A DNA stretch of 38,591 bases from a virus (Duplodnaviria > Caudoviricetes): the IMG/VR virus record IMGVR_UViG_3300027892_000070, positions 1-38,591 of that record. One strand, 5' to 3'. Shown here one piece after another: positions 27,446 through 37,187 of the stretch. The notes under the pieces were generated by a model. It was not told where the DNA came from. It saw only the letters and a program-made list of their open reading frames with translations, and ran no database searches. Made by a program: the position numbers and the translations under genes. Positions within the stretch are counted from its first letter, which is position 1; the number at the start of each line of letters is the position of its first letter.

Positions 27446-27478
27446 CAGTGTAAGATTTTAATCCTAATAGGAACACTC

Positions 27479-28492
27479 ATGCCAATCACCTACAACGCAC
27501 TTAGAACAGTCAATGGTTATAGAAGCCCAGGATTTTCTGTCAGCACCGCGGGAGACATACAAACTGATGCTACATTGACCGTGTCAGGCACTGTGACACT
27601 GAATCAATCTTTGACATCTTCAGCAAATTTGATCACTAGTGAAAATTTTGTTGGCACAAATTTACAATTAAGTTCAATTGCCATAGAAGGCAACAGTATT
27701 AGGACTTCAATAACTAATCAAGATTTGTTACTGAGTGTAGACGGTACTGGAACGATAAAATTACAAGAAGCAGTTGAAATAACTGGAGTTCTTACCACAA
27801 TCGACACAACAGAAGCATCTTCAACCACAGTGGCTTCATTGGTAGCACTGGGTGGCGTTGGCATTACAAAAACGTTAAGAGTGGGATTTGACTCATATGT
27901 AAATTCAGTAAGAATTGGCAAGGGCACAGCAGGCATTGCTACCAACACTGTGCTAGGAGTCACCGCATTAAATGCAGTAGTAGACGGTACAGACAACACA
28001 GGTGTAGGATTCAACAGTTTGAATCTTGTCAGCACTGGCGATTTCAATACTGCTATTGGATCAACTGCGTCGGATTCATTGACCACTGCCAGCAGTAATA
28101 CATCATTAGGGTATGCATCACTCACCGCCAACGTCAGTGGCGATCAAAACACTGCGGTAGGAGCCAATGCACTCAGCGTAACTCTTGGTGCTAAAAACAT
28201 AGGCCTAGGTTACAATTCTGGCAGTGCTCTAGCAACTGGCAGTGCCAATGTGATATTAGGCTCAGCCACCGGTAGCACCATTACAGGTACCAGCAATAAT
28301 ATTCTTCTATCTGACGGTGACGGCAACATAAGACAAACATTTAACAATGCTGGTGTAGCCACATTCAATGCAGCAGTCACAGTGACTGGCACAGTCAGTG
28401 CAAATGATGCCACAGCCAACGGACATTTACCAACCTTTAGACAGGTTCAAAATTTAACACTGGCCTATATGTTGTTAGGGGTAGGGATTTAA
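27479..28492 (+). CDS. Trimeric fibre protein with YadA-head-like NTAxG repeats
   Basis: 337 aa. SLVALGGVGITK motif and ~17-aa repeats NTVLG/NTGVG/NTAIG/NTSLG/NTAVG/NIGLG. Confidence 0.75.
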   Translation: MPITYNALRTVNGYRSPGFSVSTAGDIQTDATLTVSGTVTLNQSLTSSANLITSENFVGTNLQLSSIAIEGNSIRTSITNQDLLLSVDGTGTIKLQEAVEITGVLTTIDTTEASSTTVASLVALGGVGITKTLRVGFDSYVNSVRIGKGTAGIATNTVLGVTALNAVVDGTDNTGVGFNSLNLVSTGDFNTAIGSTASDSLTTASSNTSLGYASLTANVSGDQNTAVGANALSVTLGAKNIGLGYNSGSALATGSANVILGSATGSTITGTSNNILLSDGDGNIRQTFNNAGVATFNAAVTVTGTVSANDATANGHLPTFRQVQNLTLAYMLLGVGI

Positions 28493-28938
28493 ATTTCTCT
28501 CATTACTTCAATTATTGTTTGAATTTTCAACTGAGTATTTTTGTTTCTAATACTTTGTTCTAATCCCTGATGTGTGGGTTTAGGCAGATGATTGATATTA
28601 AACCATCCCCATCCTGAATGCTCATTACTTAATTTTACAAAAAATTCACTGTCTATGATGCAAAAATAAGTGTTGAACATAAACACTTGATCATTGCTGA
28701 CAAATTTCTCCAAGGGAATTATTTTAATAAAATCGGGCAAACCGCCAATTTCTTCTTGGAGTTCTCTTTGCAGCCCCTGAAATGCTGTTTCACCTTCGAC
28801 AACAGTGCCGCCTGGCAATACCCAACGCCCAGCATGTTTGCCTTCTGTTTTTTGTAATAATAAAATTCTAGAAGAATCTTTGGCACAGATTATTGCACCA
28901 CTGCATTCTATACGTTCTTTTAGATTTCTAATCTCCAT
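28489..28938 (-). CDS. NUDIX hydrolase
   Basis: Nudix box GGTVVEGETAFQGLQRELQEEIG. Confidence 0.9.
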   Translation of the reverse strand: MEIRNLKERIECSGAIICAKDSSRILLLQKTEGKHAGRWVLPGGTVVEGETAFQGLQRELQEEIGGLPDFIKIIPLEKFVSNDQVFMFNTYFCIIDSEFFVKLSNEHSGWGWFNINHLPKPTHQGLEQSIRNKNTQLKIQTIIEVMREI

Positions 28939-30431
28939 GTGCCGGCCCTATATTCCCCTTCAAAGGATTTGACCCATGATAGACCATCCCATTTGTATTG
29001 TACTCCAGTGTATATATTTGTTTGATAGATCAATTGGTCTTGACTCTGACTAGCATCAAATATCACGATCCATTTGATTCCATTGTATTCTATAATGTCA
29101 TTTTCTTCTATCACTGGATCGCTGAGATCTGTGCCTTTCCATGCCGCAGGACCATCATATGCCCAAGTATACGGAGTTTCGCCTACAGATCCATCCACGT
29201 TGTCACTGGTATTGATACTTTCAATGACCAAATATCTAGCACCTATGGTGGCAGCGGCAATGCCATGTCCGGGACCTACTCTTGTGGGATCTATGATAGC
29301 ATCAAACGTTCCGGGACTACCAGGTCTGTTGACTGCACTTAACACAGTATTGGTCGGAAAAGAATCTACATCATAATTCACTGTGATGTAATTTTCATCT
29401 AGCGGATTAAGACTAAAAGTGCCTACGACTTCTGTAAAGTTACTTTGTTTGAGATAAATTTTACTATATCCTGCTTTGTACTTTCCAGGATAATTGTCTA
29501 GAATTTTTCTCCAGTTGATTTCAGGACCCAATTTGATAGGAATCTCGATGCTGTTGTTAGTGGCTGTGACATGCTCATGTTTGTCTAGAATTTGTGCTTG
29601 GCCATTGACAACTAATATGCCAAATCCTCCAAGACTAGTTCTCGTCACATTGATAATATTACCACCAGAAGAAATATTACCACTATTAGCAGATTGATTA
29701 CTGCCTTGAGGAAATAATTCATTGCCAAAATCTAATTGAGGATCACTCAATGATGGATTTTCTACACCCTGTGTAATGCTGGCAATAATGTTGGTCACTA
29801 TGCCCAACTGTTTGACCTTGACTGGAGGGCTGATGTATATGGGTGCTTCTAAGGTCAAAGTGGCAATGTCGATATTTGATGCAGTGCCTACTGGGATACT
29901 TCTATTGCTGAACGTCAACTGTGTGAGATCCACAGTGCTTAGACTGGTCCAGTCAATGTAGTTGTCAGTAGTTTGAATATCTAAACTGGGATTGAACAAC
30001 ACCAGTATCTGTTCTAAAATTTGCAATTTTTGATCAGTACTGCTGCTCCAAATATCCACTTTGAAACTGGCCTTGTAAGGCGTTGGCATCAGTCTTTCCA
30101 CAGTGTACTGATGACCTTGACTGCTGGTATATTCTCCTGTGTTCGAATCGTATTCACGTTCTCTAAGATGTAATTTTCCCACATAACTTGAATCAGACAA
30201 TCTTGAACGATCTAGTTGTAGGTCATTTAGATACACTGCCATGCGTGGCGCAGCAGCCATCTTGTTCTCACTGTTGTCACCTAATAGGCTGGCAATTTGT
30301 CGATCAGTATCACCGTACAGCACTGGCACTCTTACCAATGTTCCGTCACCGTACTTTACACTGAAGTTGCTGAGCAGTCTAATAATTTGTGTGATATATC
30401 TTCTAATCTGTCCGTCATAAAAATGCAACAT
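28920..30431 (-). CDS. gp15: T4 gp15-like tail completion/sheath terminator protein with C-terminal extension
   Basis: HFYDGQIRRYI..F, VPVLYG, PRMAV, PTPYKASF, QILEQILVLFNP match the gp15 pattern; neck/tail context. Confidence 0.75.
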   Translation of the reverse strand: MLHFYDGQIRRYITQIIRLLSNFSVKYGDGTLVRVPVLYGDTDRQIASLLGDNSENKMAAAPRMAVYLNDLQLDRSRLSDSSYVGKLHLREREYDSNTGEYTSSQGHQYTVERLMPTPYKASFKVDIWSSSTDQKLQILEQILVLFNPSLDIQTTDNYIDWTSLSTVDLTQLTFSNRSIPVGTASNIDIATLTLEAPIYISPPVKVKQLGIVTNIIASITQGVENPSLSDPQLDFGNELFPQGSNQSANSGNISSGGNIINVTRTSLGGFGILVVNGQAQILDKHEHVTATNNSIEIPIKLGPEINWRKILDNYPGKYKAGYSKIYLKQSNFTEVVGTFSLNPLDENYITVNYDVDSFPTNTVLSAVNRPGSPGTFDAIIDPTRVGPGHGIAAATIGARYLVIESINTSDNVDGSVGETPYTWAYDGPAAWKGTDLSDPVIEENDIIEYNGIKWIVIFDASQSQDQLIYQTNIYTGVQYKWDGLSWVKSFEGEYRAGTWRLEI

Positions 30432-31999
30432 TATAAATCTGCCTTAGGTTTAAGTGCTTTTGATAAACTAGAACGTTGATCGGCTGCGGTGGAATACAAC
30501 GTCCATTCGATTCGTTGTCCCACGGCAACGGGTTCAAATATCTTTATAGATATAAATCCTGATTGGTTTTGTATAACCACACTGTCTTGAGGAACTATGT
30601 TGCGATCAAGAATAATCTTAGCACCATATGTGCTGTTGAAAGCAGTTCGTGTGGTAATCACCCCAGTGGTTCTGTTAAATGCACTGGTCTCGTCAGTAAG
30701 AACAAATGTATTGGTAGTACCTACTGTAAATATGTCGCTAGCGAGTTTGTCAAAAAACGCCTTGTCGGTGTTGTTAATAAATCCAGTTTTCTGTGTCTGA
30801 CGAGTGTCGGTATTGGTCAGTGTATGACGTTGCATGTCTTCGTATTTGACCCATCTGCTGCCAGTGAATCTAAACAGTCGATTTGGCAAGAAATCCGTAC
30901 GAAGGAAAAAATCACCTTCAAATGGGTTGGCTTGGAAACTGATACCGTGACCAAAATTTACCCCGTTAGGAGCAACCCCGTCTTCGACCATGTAACCACT
31001 GTAGCCTTCTCTATCAGGACGTTCTGCAATTCTACTGGTATCCAGATTGGTCATAGACGCATCTAAATTAGATTCATCTATAGTTTGTAATCGTGGATTA
31101 CCATTGTCATCCACGGCTAATGTGTAGAATTGTCTAGTTTCAAATCCGCTTTTGGGAGCATCAGATTCTGCTTGTGCAATCACTGCATCATTGATTTCTA
31201 AATCTTTGGCCTTGGTACTCAATATGTCTTGCAGGGTATTACCAGAATACACAGCCCATGCAGTGGCATTGGGTGGTGTCAGCACAGTGCCGTTGGGACT
31301 GTTGAACCCAGATTTCACTTGATATAATATTCCATCTAATCTCACAATTTGTCCAGTGAAATATTCTGTAGCGTTGACATGATCGCCTGCAAATTTATCA
31401 TAGTCTTCACCTACAGGTTTGGTCAACACATCAGCAAATTGCTGACTGTCAATTATTTTCTTTATTTTTAATCTGTAGAGATGAGGGTACCAAGTTTGAC
31501 TAAACCCTTCACTGGCCCGACCAACATCTTCTATAGCATAATATCTTGGCAGACTAACGTCAAACCCGTTGAGAGCAAATTCGTCTTTCAAATGCGGCAA
31601 TTCAACAACATCCCCGCTGAGTGGTTTTCTACCAACAATTTTAATCCAGTCATTGATATGTACCACCAACATGATTAAATCGTTATCAATGAATATGCCA
31701 AACTGACTGAGATTAAAATCAATGTTTTGCACTTGATAATGTCCACGACACCTATAAATGTCTGGATCATACTTGCGATCTCGATTTTCCAACAACAACA
31801 AATCTTGTATATTTGTTGGAGATAGATTGTCATACTGCGGTTGATCAGCAGTAGCGTTAGCATCCGTGGGATTTTTAGGCCCTAGATATTTGTGAATATA
31901 CAAGTCAGTACCGCCAATCTGAAACATTTCAGAAACTTGTCGATCAATGAATTTGTAGTCGTTGCCTTTTTCGGGCCGATATAAACTGAGTCTTGGCAT
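30431..31999 (-). CDS. gp14: T4 gp14-like neck/head-closure protein with insertions
   Basis: EMFQIGGTDLYIHKY, DLLLLENRDRKY, LSQFGIFI, PLSGDVVELP, WYPHLYRLK. Adjacent to the gp13- and gp15-like genes. Confidence 0.7.
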   Translation of the reverse strand: MPRLSLYRPEKGNDYKFIDRQVSEMFQIGGTDLYIHKYLGPKNPTDANATADQPQYDNLSPTNIQDLLLLENRDRKYDPDIYRCRGHYQVQNIDFNLSQFGIFIDNDLIMLVVHINDWIKIVGRKPLSGDVVELPHLKDEFALNGFDVSLPRYYAIEDVGRASEGFSQTWYPHLYRLKIKKIIDSQQFADVLTKPVGEDYDKFAGDHVNATEYFTGQIVRLDGILYQVKSGFNSPNGTVLTPPNATAWAVYSGNTLQDILSTKAKDLEINDAVIAQAESDAPKSGFETRQFYTLAVDDNGNPRLQTIDESNLDASMTNLDTSRIAERPDREGYSGYMVEDGVAPNGVNFGHGISFQANPFEGDFFLRTDFLPNRLFRFTGSRWVKYEDMQRHTLTNTDTRQTQKTGFINNTDKAFFDKLASDIFTVGTTNTFVLTDETSAFNRTTGVITTRTAFNSTYGAKIILDRNIVPQDSVVIQNQSGFISIKIFEPVAVGQRIEWTLYSTAADQRSSLSKALKPKADL

Positions 32000-32005
32000 A
32001 ATACA

Positions 32006-32024
32006 TATTTAGCGGGCATAAATA
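32006..32024. promoter_or_regulatory. Back-to-back divergent late promoters (minus-strand CTAAATA 32006-32012; plus-strand ATAAATA 32018-32024)
   Basis: TATTTAG-cgggc-ATAAATA in the 40-nt gap between the gp14-like and gp13-like starts. Confidence 0.75.
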
Positions 32025-32039
32025 TAGTTGGAGAATCAA

Positions 32040-32807
32040 ATGTCTGAAAATAGCAACTTAGAAGAACGTCAAAAAGTCTATGATTACATACGAGCCATGT
32101 TGGGTGAAGGCATGGTCGATGTTGAACTTGATCCAATTCATTATGAAACTGCTGTTGATCGTGCGCTGACACGGTTTAGGCAACGCAGCCCTAATGCAGT
32201 TGAAGAAAGTTACAGTTTTTTAGAATTTGTCATCGAACAAAATGAATACAGATTACCCGACGAAATTATCGAAGTAAGACAGTTGTTTAGACGCAGTATT
32301 GGCAGCAGATCTGGGTCAGGAAGTGGCGGCACACTGTTTGAACCCTTTAACATGGCCTACACCAACACATACTTGCTCAGTGGTAATATGTTGGGTGGCC
32401 TACTAACATACGAACTGTTTTCACAATACCAAGAACTGGTAGGGCGTATGTTTGGTAGTTTTATCGAATATCACTACAATCCCAACACTCACATATTACG
32501 TGTGTTGCAACGTCCGTTTGCATCGGGTGAAATAATTTTAATGCGAACTTATAATTATCGTCCAGACTGGGCACTGTTGACAGACTTGTATGCCAAGCAA
32601 TGGTTAAAAGACTACAGTTTAGCAGTGGCTAAAATCATACTGGGCGAGGCACGTAGTAAATTTGCTCAAATTGCTGGTCCTGGTGGCGCTGGTGGCCTCA
32701 ACGGTGCTGACCTCAAGTCAGCAGGCAAAGAAGAAATGGCAGCATTAGATAAAGAATTGGAAACATTGATTTCTGGCGGCACTGGCTATACATTCATTAT
32801 AGGTTGA
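32040..32807 (+). CDS. gp13: T4 gp13-like neck protein
   Basis: Start ATG 32040 after GGAG. YIRAMLGEGMVDVEL, WLKDYSLAVAKIILGEARSKF..PGG..LNG match the gp13 pattern. Confidence 0.8.
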   Translation: MSENSNLEERQKVYDYIRAMLGEGMVDVELDPIHYETAVDRALTRFRQRSPNAVEESYSFLEFVIEQNEYRLPDEIIEVRQLFRRSIGSRSGSGSGGTLFEPFNMAYTNTYLLSGNMLGGLLTYELFSQYQELVGRMFGSFIEYHYNPNTHILRVLQRPFASGEIILMRTYNYRPDWALLTDLYAKQWLKDYSLAVAKIILGEARSKFAQIAGPGGAGGLNGADLKSAGKEEMAALDKELETLISGGTGYTFIIG

Positions 32808-32832
32808 CACCCTGCACACAATAGTTTATACT
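32804..32832 (+). promoter_or_regulatory. Sigma70-type promoter TTGACA-N17-TATACT
   Basis: -35 TTGACA at 32804-32809 (contains the gp13 TGA stop), 17-nt spacer, -10 TATACT at 32827-32832, upstream of the dNMP kinase gene. Confidence 0.8.
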
Positions 32833-32854
32833 TAATAGAAATTAAGGATTTCTA

Positions 32855-33439
32855 ATGAAGTTACCTAAACTATTGATAGTTGGACACGGGCGTCATGGCA
32901 AAGACACAGTGTGCGATTTGCTACAAAATTACGGATACACCTTTCAATCTAGTTCAAAGTTCTGTTCTGAACTTTTTATATTTGACACGCTTAAAGACAA
33001 ATACGGTTACGCCAACGAAGACGAATGCTATCGTGACCGGCACAATCACCGTACAGAATGGTACGATTTAATACACGGCTATTGCAGTGATGATTTGGCA
33101 AGATTAGGTAGAGATTTATACGCCCACCACGATATCTATTGTGGACTACGAAACAAAAGAGAGTTTTTTGCCATACAGAACGAAGAACTTTTTGATTATG
33201 CCATCTGGGTTGATCGTACAGATCATTTGCCTTCAGAACACATATCTAGCATGAGTATTGAACAATGGATGTGTGACTACACTATCGACAACAACGGTGA
33301 TTTAGCAAGACTCAAAAAGAATGTTGACGTACTAATCAACACAATTTTTAAACATCGGGCTGTAACTCTTCCTTTAGTACGGCCAGATCAAAAATCTGGT
33401 GATAGGTCTCCCTGTTTCCACACAGTTCCCTCTTTGTGA
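32855..33439 (+). CDS. Deoxynucleoside monophosphate kinase-like P-loop protein
   Basis: LIVGHGRHGKDTV Walker A, GLRNKREF, DYTIDNNGDL, resembling T4 gp1-type dNMP kinases; AAGGA RBS. Confidence 0.7.
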   Translation: MKLPKLLIVGHGRHGKDTVCDLLQNYGYTFQSSSKFCSELFIFDTLKDKYGYANEDECYRDRHNHRTEWYDLIHGYCSDDLARLGRDLYAHHDIYCGLRNKREFFAIQNEELFDYAIWVDRTDHLPSEHISSMSIEQWMCDYTIDNNGDLARLKKNVDVLINTIFKHRAVTLPLVRPDQKSGDRSPCFHTVPSL

Positions 33440-33729
33440 AGAACACGCTGACAGTTTGCACATACTGTCTTAAGGTTAGCGTTTCTACTGTTGTTTAAAT
33501 TACCGTCTACATGAAACACATTGAACTGTTCTCGATGTTTGCCTTTGAATCCACATTTATCGCATACTGATTTCATACGATACCCGTCCTGATACCATTT
33601 GGGTAGACCTTTACCAACTCCTCCATATCGCAAACAAGACTCGCATTGACTACGATAGTATGTTCTATTGTTCTTTCTATAGTTAATGGCTGCTGGTTGT
33701 AGTCCGCATTTACATAAGGGTCTGTTCAT
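33388..33729 (-). CDS. HNH-like Zn-binding protein (degenerate HNH motif)
   Basis: 113 aa. CxC, CxxC, CDKCGF and FHVDGNLNNSRNANLKTVCANCQR. Late promoter ATAAATA on the minus strand at 33734-33740. Confidence 0.75.
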   Translation of the reverse strand: MNRPLCKCGLQPAAINYRKNNRTYYRSQCESCLRYGGVGKGLPKWYQDGYRMKSVCDKCGFKGKHREQFNVFHVDGNLNNSRNANLKTVCANCQRVLHKEGTVWKQGDLSPDF

Positions 33730-33796
33730 CTAGTATTTATTGCCCTTTTTATCCCCTTTTCTCTTGATATTATCGCCCTGATTTATATGTCTTTGG

Positions 33797-33803
33797 GTAA
33801 ATA
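33797..33803 (+). promoter_or_regulatory. T4-like late promoter (GTAAATA)
   Basis: Motif upstream of the AGGAG RBS and the tail sheath ATG. Confidence 0.6.
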
Positions 33804-33834
33804 AAACTAGCAATACTCTTAGGAGAGATACAAC

Positions 33835-36800
33835 ATGGCATTAACATCACCCGGCGTACAAGTCAGCGTCATTGACGAAAGTTTTTACACACCTAGCGAA
33901 CCAGGTACCGTTCCGCTGATAGTTGTGGCCACAGCGGCCAACAAACAAAACGGTGCAGGCACCGGCACTGCAACAGGTACATTGGCATCAAATGCTGATA
34001 CATTATATTTGATGACTAGTCAACGAGATCTAGTCGACACATTCGGAGACGCAGTTTTTAAGACTGACGCAAGTAATAATCCAATTCATGGCGGCGAACA
34101 AAATGAATATGGTTTACAGGCAGCATACAGTTATTTGGGCGTTAGCAACAGAGCATTTGTTCTACGTGCAAATGTTGATCTATCACAACTAGATGCTACT
34201 GCTAATGCTCCTAGTGCTGATCCAGCAAACGGTACATGGTGGTTAGACACCAGCAACACCAAGTGGGGTATTTTTGAATGGAATAGTGATGCTGCTACTG
34301 TGGGCGGTAACGGACAAAAGTTTACCAACAAAGTTCCATTGGTCATCACAGACACAACTAAAGTTGTAGACTTTGCTGGTCAAGACTACACTCCCAAGGG
34401 ATCTGTTGGTGCAGTGGGTGCATATGCAGTGGTAGCAGTGACCACAACATTGGCAGCGTACTACAAAAATCGCAGCGGTATTTGGGTACAAGTTGGTTCT
34501 CCAGAGTGGGCACAAAGTTGGCCAACTATTGCTGGAACAGCAAGTCCTACATCAGTGACTGGAACAATTATTTTCACAGTTGACGGTGAAACACTGACAA
34601 CAATCACACTGTCTGGATCAACGCTCACAGCAGCAGCAGCGGCTATCAATGTTGGCACATACAACAACAGAGGTCTGTATGCCGCAGTGGTTAACAGCAA
34701 GTTAGAAATTTATTCAAACAACGTGATTGAATCATCCTTAGGTGACAGCACTGCTGCTAACACTTTTGGCATAAGCGGAACAGCATTGACAACACTTGGT
34801 ATTACTGCTGGCGATTATCTAGTTCCTAAGTTATCAATTCAACCACACACCAGTGTTCCTACATACAAGAGAATAGACAATGTGGCTTCTGCCGTAGGTC
34901 GTCCAACTGGTTCTGTATGGGTTAAAACAACAACTCCTAATCTTGGTGCTAACTTAGTAGCAAAACGTTATAACAGTGCAACAGACGCTTGGGAAACAGT
35001 GGCAGCACCATTGTATGCCAACGGTGCAGCAGCATTGGCTGCTTTAGATTCCACAGGTGGTGGAGCAAATCTTGCAGTCGGCGCATTATACAGTAAATTC
35101 AATACTGAAGAAGATTACGGTTTAGATCTTACACCAAGATTAGCCACATTCAAATTGTTTAGAAGAAATGCGGTCGGCGCCACAACCATTACCAGTGCAG
35201 CCGTAACTGCATCTACATTTCCAGCCGGTAATTACACATTTGTTGTTGCAGAAAGCCTAGTTGGCGCCGATGCTTACAGCAGTGATGTAACAGTTACATT
35301 TACGGCTAATGCAAATATAGATGATGCAGATGATTTTGCCAACGCTGTAAATTCAGCAGGATTAATCAATGTCACAGCCAGTGTAGACAGTTCTAATAGA
35401 ATTGTTATCACTCATGCCACTGGTGGAGATATCTTAGTTGGTGAAGGCACCGGTACTCCTTTCAACAATATTTTTGCAACCAGCGGTGTAAATCTTACAG
35501 CCAACTTGTATGATGCAGCCACAGGTGATGAAGCACATGATTACATTGCAACTCAGTGGAAAGCATTGTCATTTGAAGCCAGCCCAACGGAAGTTACTGC
35601 ATTGGCTACAGATCAACAACTGTGGTACAATTCTATTGTTGACGAAGTTGATGTTTTGATCAACGACGGAACAAATTGGGTTGGATATAAAACTGTTACA
35701 AGCCCATTCTACGCTGCTTCTGCTGGATTAAAGACAGATCCTGCTGGTCCAATTGTCAGTGCCAGCGAGCCCACAGAACAAAGCGATGGTTCTGCACTAG
35801 TCAACGGCGATCTATGGATCGATACCAGTGACATCGACAACTATCCAGTAATTTACAAATTCAACAGTTCTTTACCTGTTAACAATCAGTGGGTGTTGAT
35901 TGACAAAACTGATCAAAGCAGTGAGGATGGAGTGTTGTTTGCTGATGCACGTTATAACACTGCCGGCGCCAACAGTGACGAGCCAGCATTGATTGCAGAT
36001 CTACTAGACAGTAGTTATGTAGACCCAGACTGTCCACAACCTGCATTGTATCCAAAGGGCATGTTGCTATGGAATCTACGTCGAAGCGGCTTCAACGTTA
36101 AGAAATTTGTACGTAATTATATTGATTTGGCAGCATACAACACGCTAGTTGGCGCAGCCCCTGGTGAATACATGAGTGCTTACTATCCACATCGTTGGGT
36201 CAGTGAAGCAGCAAACCAAACAGACGGTTCTGGTACATTTGGCCGTAAGGCACAACGTGCAGTGGTTATTCAAGGTCTGCAAGCAGTGGTCAACAGCAAT
36301 CAAACTGTACGTGACAGCGACAGTCGTGTGTTTAACTTGATTGCTTGCCCTGGTTATCCAGAATTGATTGGCGAATTGATCACACTGAACTACGATCGCG
36401 GATTGACTGCTTTTGTAGTGGCTGACACACCAGCACGTTTAAACAGCAGTGCTACTAGTTTATTAGCATGGGGCAATAATGATGGCGGCACAGCCCAAGA
36501 CGACGATCTAGGTGCAGTAAGTTTCGATGAGTATGCAGCAATGTACTACCCATGGGGCTTCAGCAGCGACAACTTTGGTAACAACATTGTTGTGCCACCA
36601 AGCCATATGATGTTGAGAACTATCAGTTTGAACGATCAAGTGGCATATCCTTGGTTTGCACCAGCAGGTACACGCCGCGGCGGCATTACCAATGCAACAT
36701 CAGTGGGTTATATCACTAGTGAAGGCGAATTTGAAACAGTGGCATTGAATGAAGGTCAACGTGATACATTGGCCAGCATCAAAGTTAATCCTTTGACATT

Positions 36801-37182
36801 CTTGTCAGGTGCAGGATTAGTAGCATTTGGTCAGTATACTCGTGCTAGAAATGCCAGCGCATTAGACAGAGTCAATGTGGCACGTTTGATTGTATATCTA
36901 CGTAGACAGTTGAACCTATTGGCTAAGCCGTATCTGTTTGAACCAAATGACAAGGCCACCAGAGCAGAAATTAAAAATGCCTGCGAAAGTTTGATGTTGG
37001 AACTGGTAGGACAACGTGCGTTATATGACTTCTTGGTTGTTTGTGACGAAAGTAACAATACTCCAGCAAGAATTGATCGCAACGAATTGTACGTAGACAT
37101 TGCTATTGAACCAGTCAAGGCAGTGGAATTTATCTATATTCCACTGCGTATTAAGAATACTGGCGAAATATCAGGTTTATAA
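33835..37182 (+). CDS. gp18: Contractile tail sheath protein (gp18-like) with large insertions
   Basis: 1115 aa. SPGVQVSVIDES N-terminus; C-terminal AMYYPW, VPPS, PWFAPAGTRRG, RVNVARL, LFEPND, VCDESNNTPARIDRNELYVDIAIEPVKAVEFIYI. Confidence 0.95.
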   Translation: MALTSPGVQVSVIDESFYTPSEPGTVPLIVVATAANKQNGAGTGTATGTLASNADTLYLMTSQRDLVDTFGDAVFKTDASNNPIHGGEQNEYGLQAAYSYLGVSNRAFVLRANVDLSQLDATANAPSADPANGTWWLDTSNTKWGIFEWNSDAATVGGNGQKFTNKVPLVITDTTKVVDFAGQDYTPKGSVGAVGAYAVVAVTTTLAAYYKNRSGIWVQVGSPEWAQSWPTIAGTASPTSVTGTIIFTVDGETLTTITLSGSTLTAAAAAINVGTYNNRGLYAAVVNSKLEIYSNNVIESSLGDSTAANTFGISGTALTTLGITAGDYLVPKLSIQPHTSVPTYKRIDNVASAVGRPTGSVWVKTTTPNLGANLVAKRYNSATDAWETVAAPLYANGAAALAALDSTGGGANLAVGALYSKFNTEEDYGLDLTPRLATFKLFRRNAVGATTITSAAVTASTFPAGNYTFVVAESLVGADAYSSDVTVTFTANANIDDADDFANAVNSAGLINVTASVDSSNRIVITHATGGDILVGEGTGTPFNNIFATSGVNLTANLYDAATGDEAHDYIATQWKALSFEASPTEVTALATDQQLWYNSIVDEVDVLINDGTNWVGYKTVTSPFYAASAGLKTDPAGPIVSASEPTEQSDGSALVNGDLWIDTSDIDNYPVIYKFNSSLPVNNQWVLIDKTDQSSEDGVLFADARYNTAGANSDEPALIADLLDSSYVDPDCPQPALYPKGMLLWNLRRSGFNVKKFVRNYIDLAAYNTLVGAAPGEYMSAYYPHRWVSEAANQTDGSGTFGRKAQRAVVIQGLQAVVNSNQTVRDSDSRVFNLIACPGYPELIGELITLNYDRGLTAFVVADTPARLNSSATSLLAWGNNDGGTAQDDDLGAVSFDEYAAMYYPWGFSSDNFGNNIVVPPSHMMLRTISLNDQVAYPWFAPAGTRRGGITNATSVGYITSEGEFETVALNEGQRDTLASIKVNPLTFLSGAGLVAFGQYTRARNASALDRVNVARLIVYLRRQLNLLAKPYLFEPNDKATRAEIKNACESLMLELVGQRALYDFLVVCDESNNTPARIDRNELYVDIAIEPVKAVEFIYIPLRIKNTGEISGL

Positions 37183-37187
37183 AATAG

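Noticed and set aside
24281-28492. Stop-to-stop convergent junctions without terminators (24283/24284, 28489-28492)
   Set aside because: Common genome compaction in phages; no further signal.
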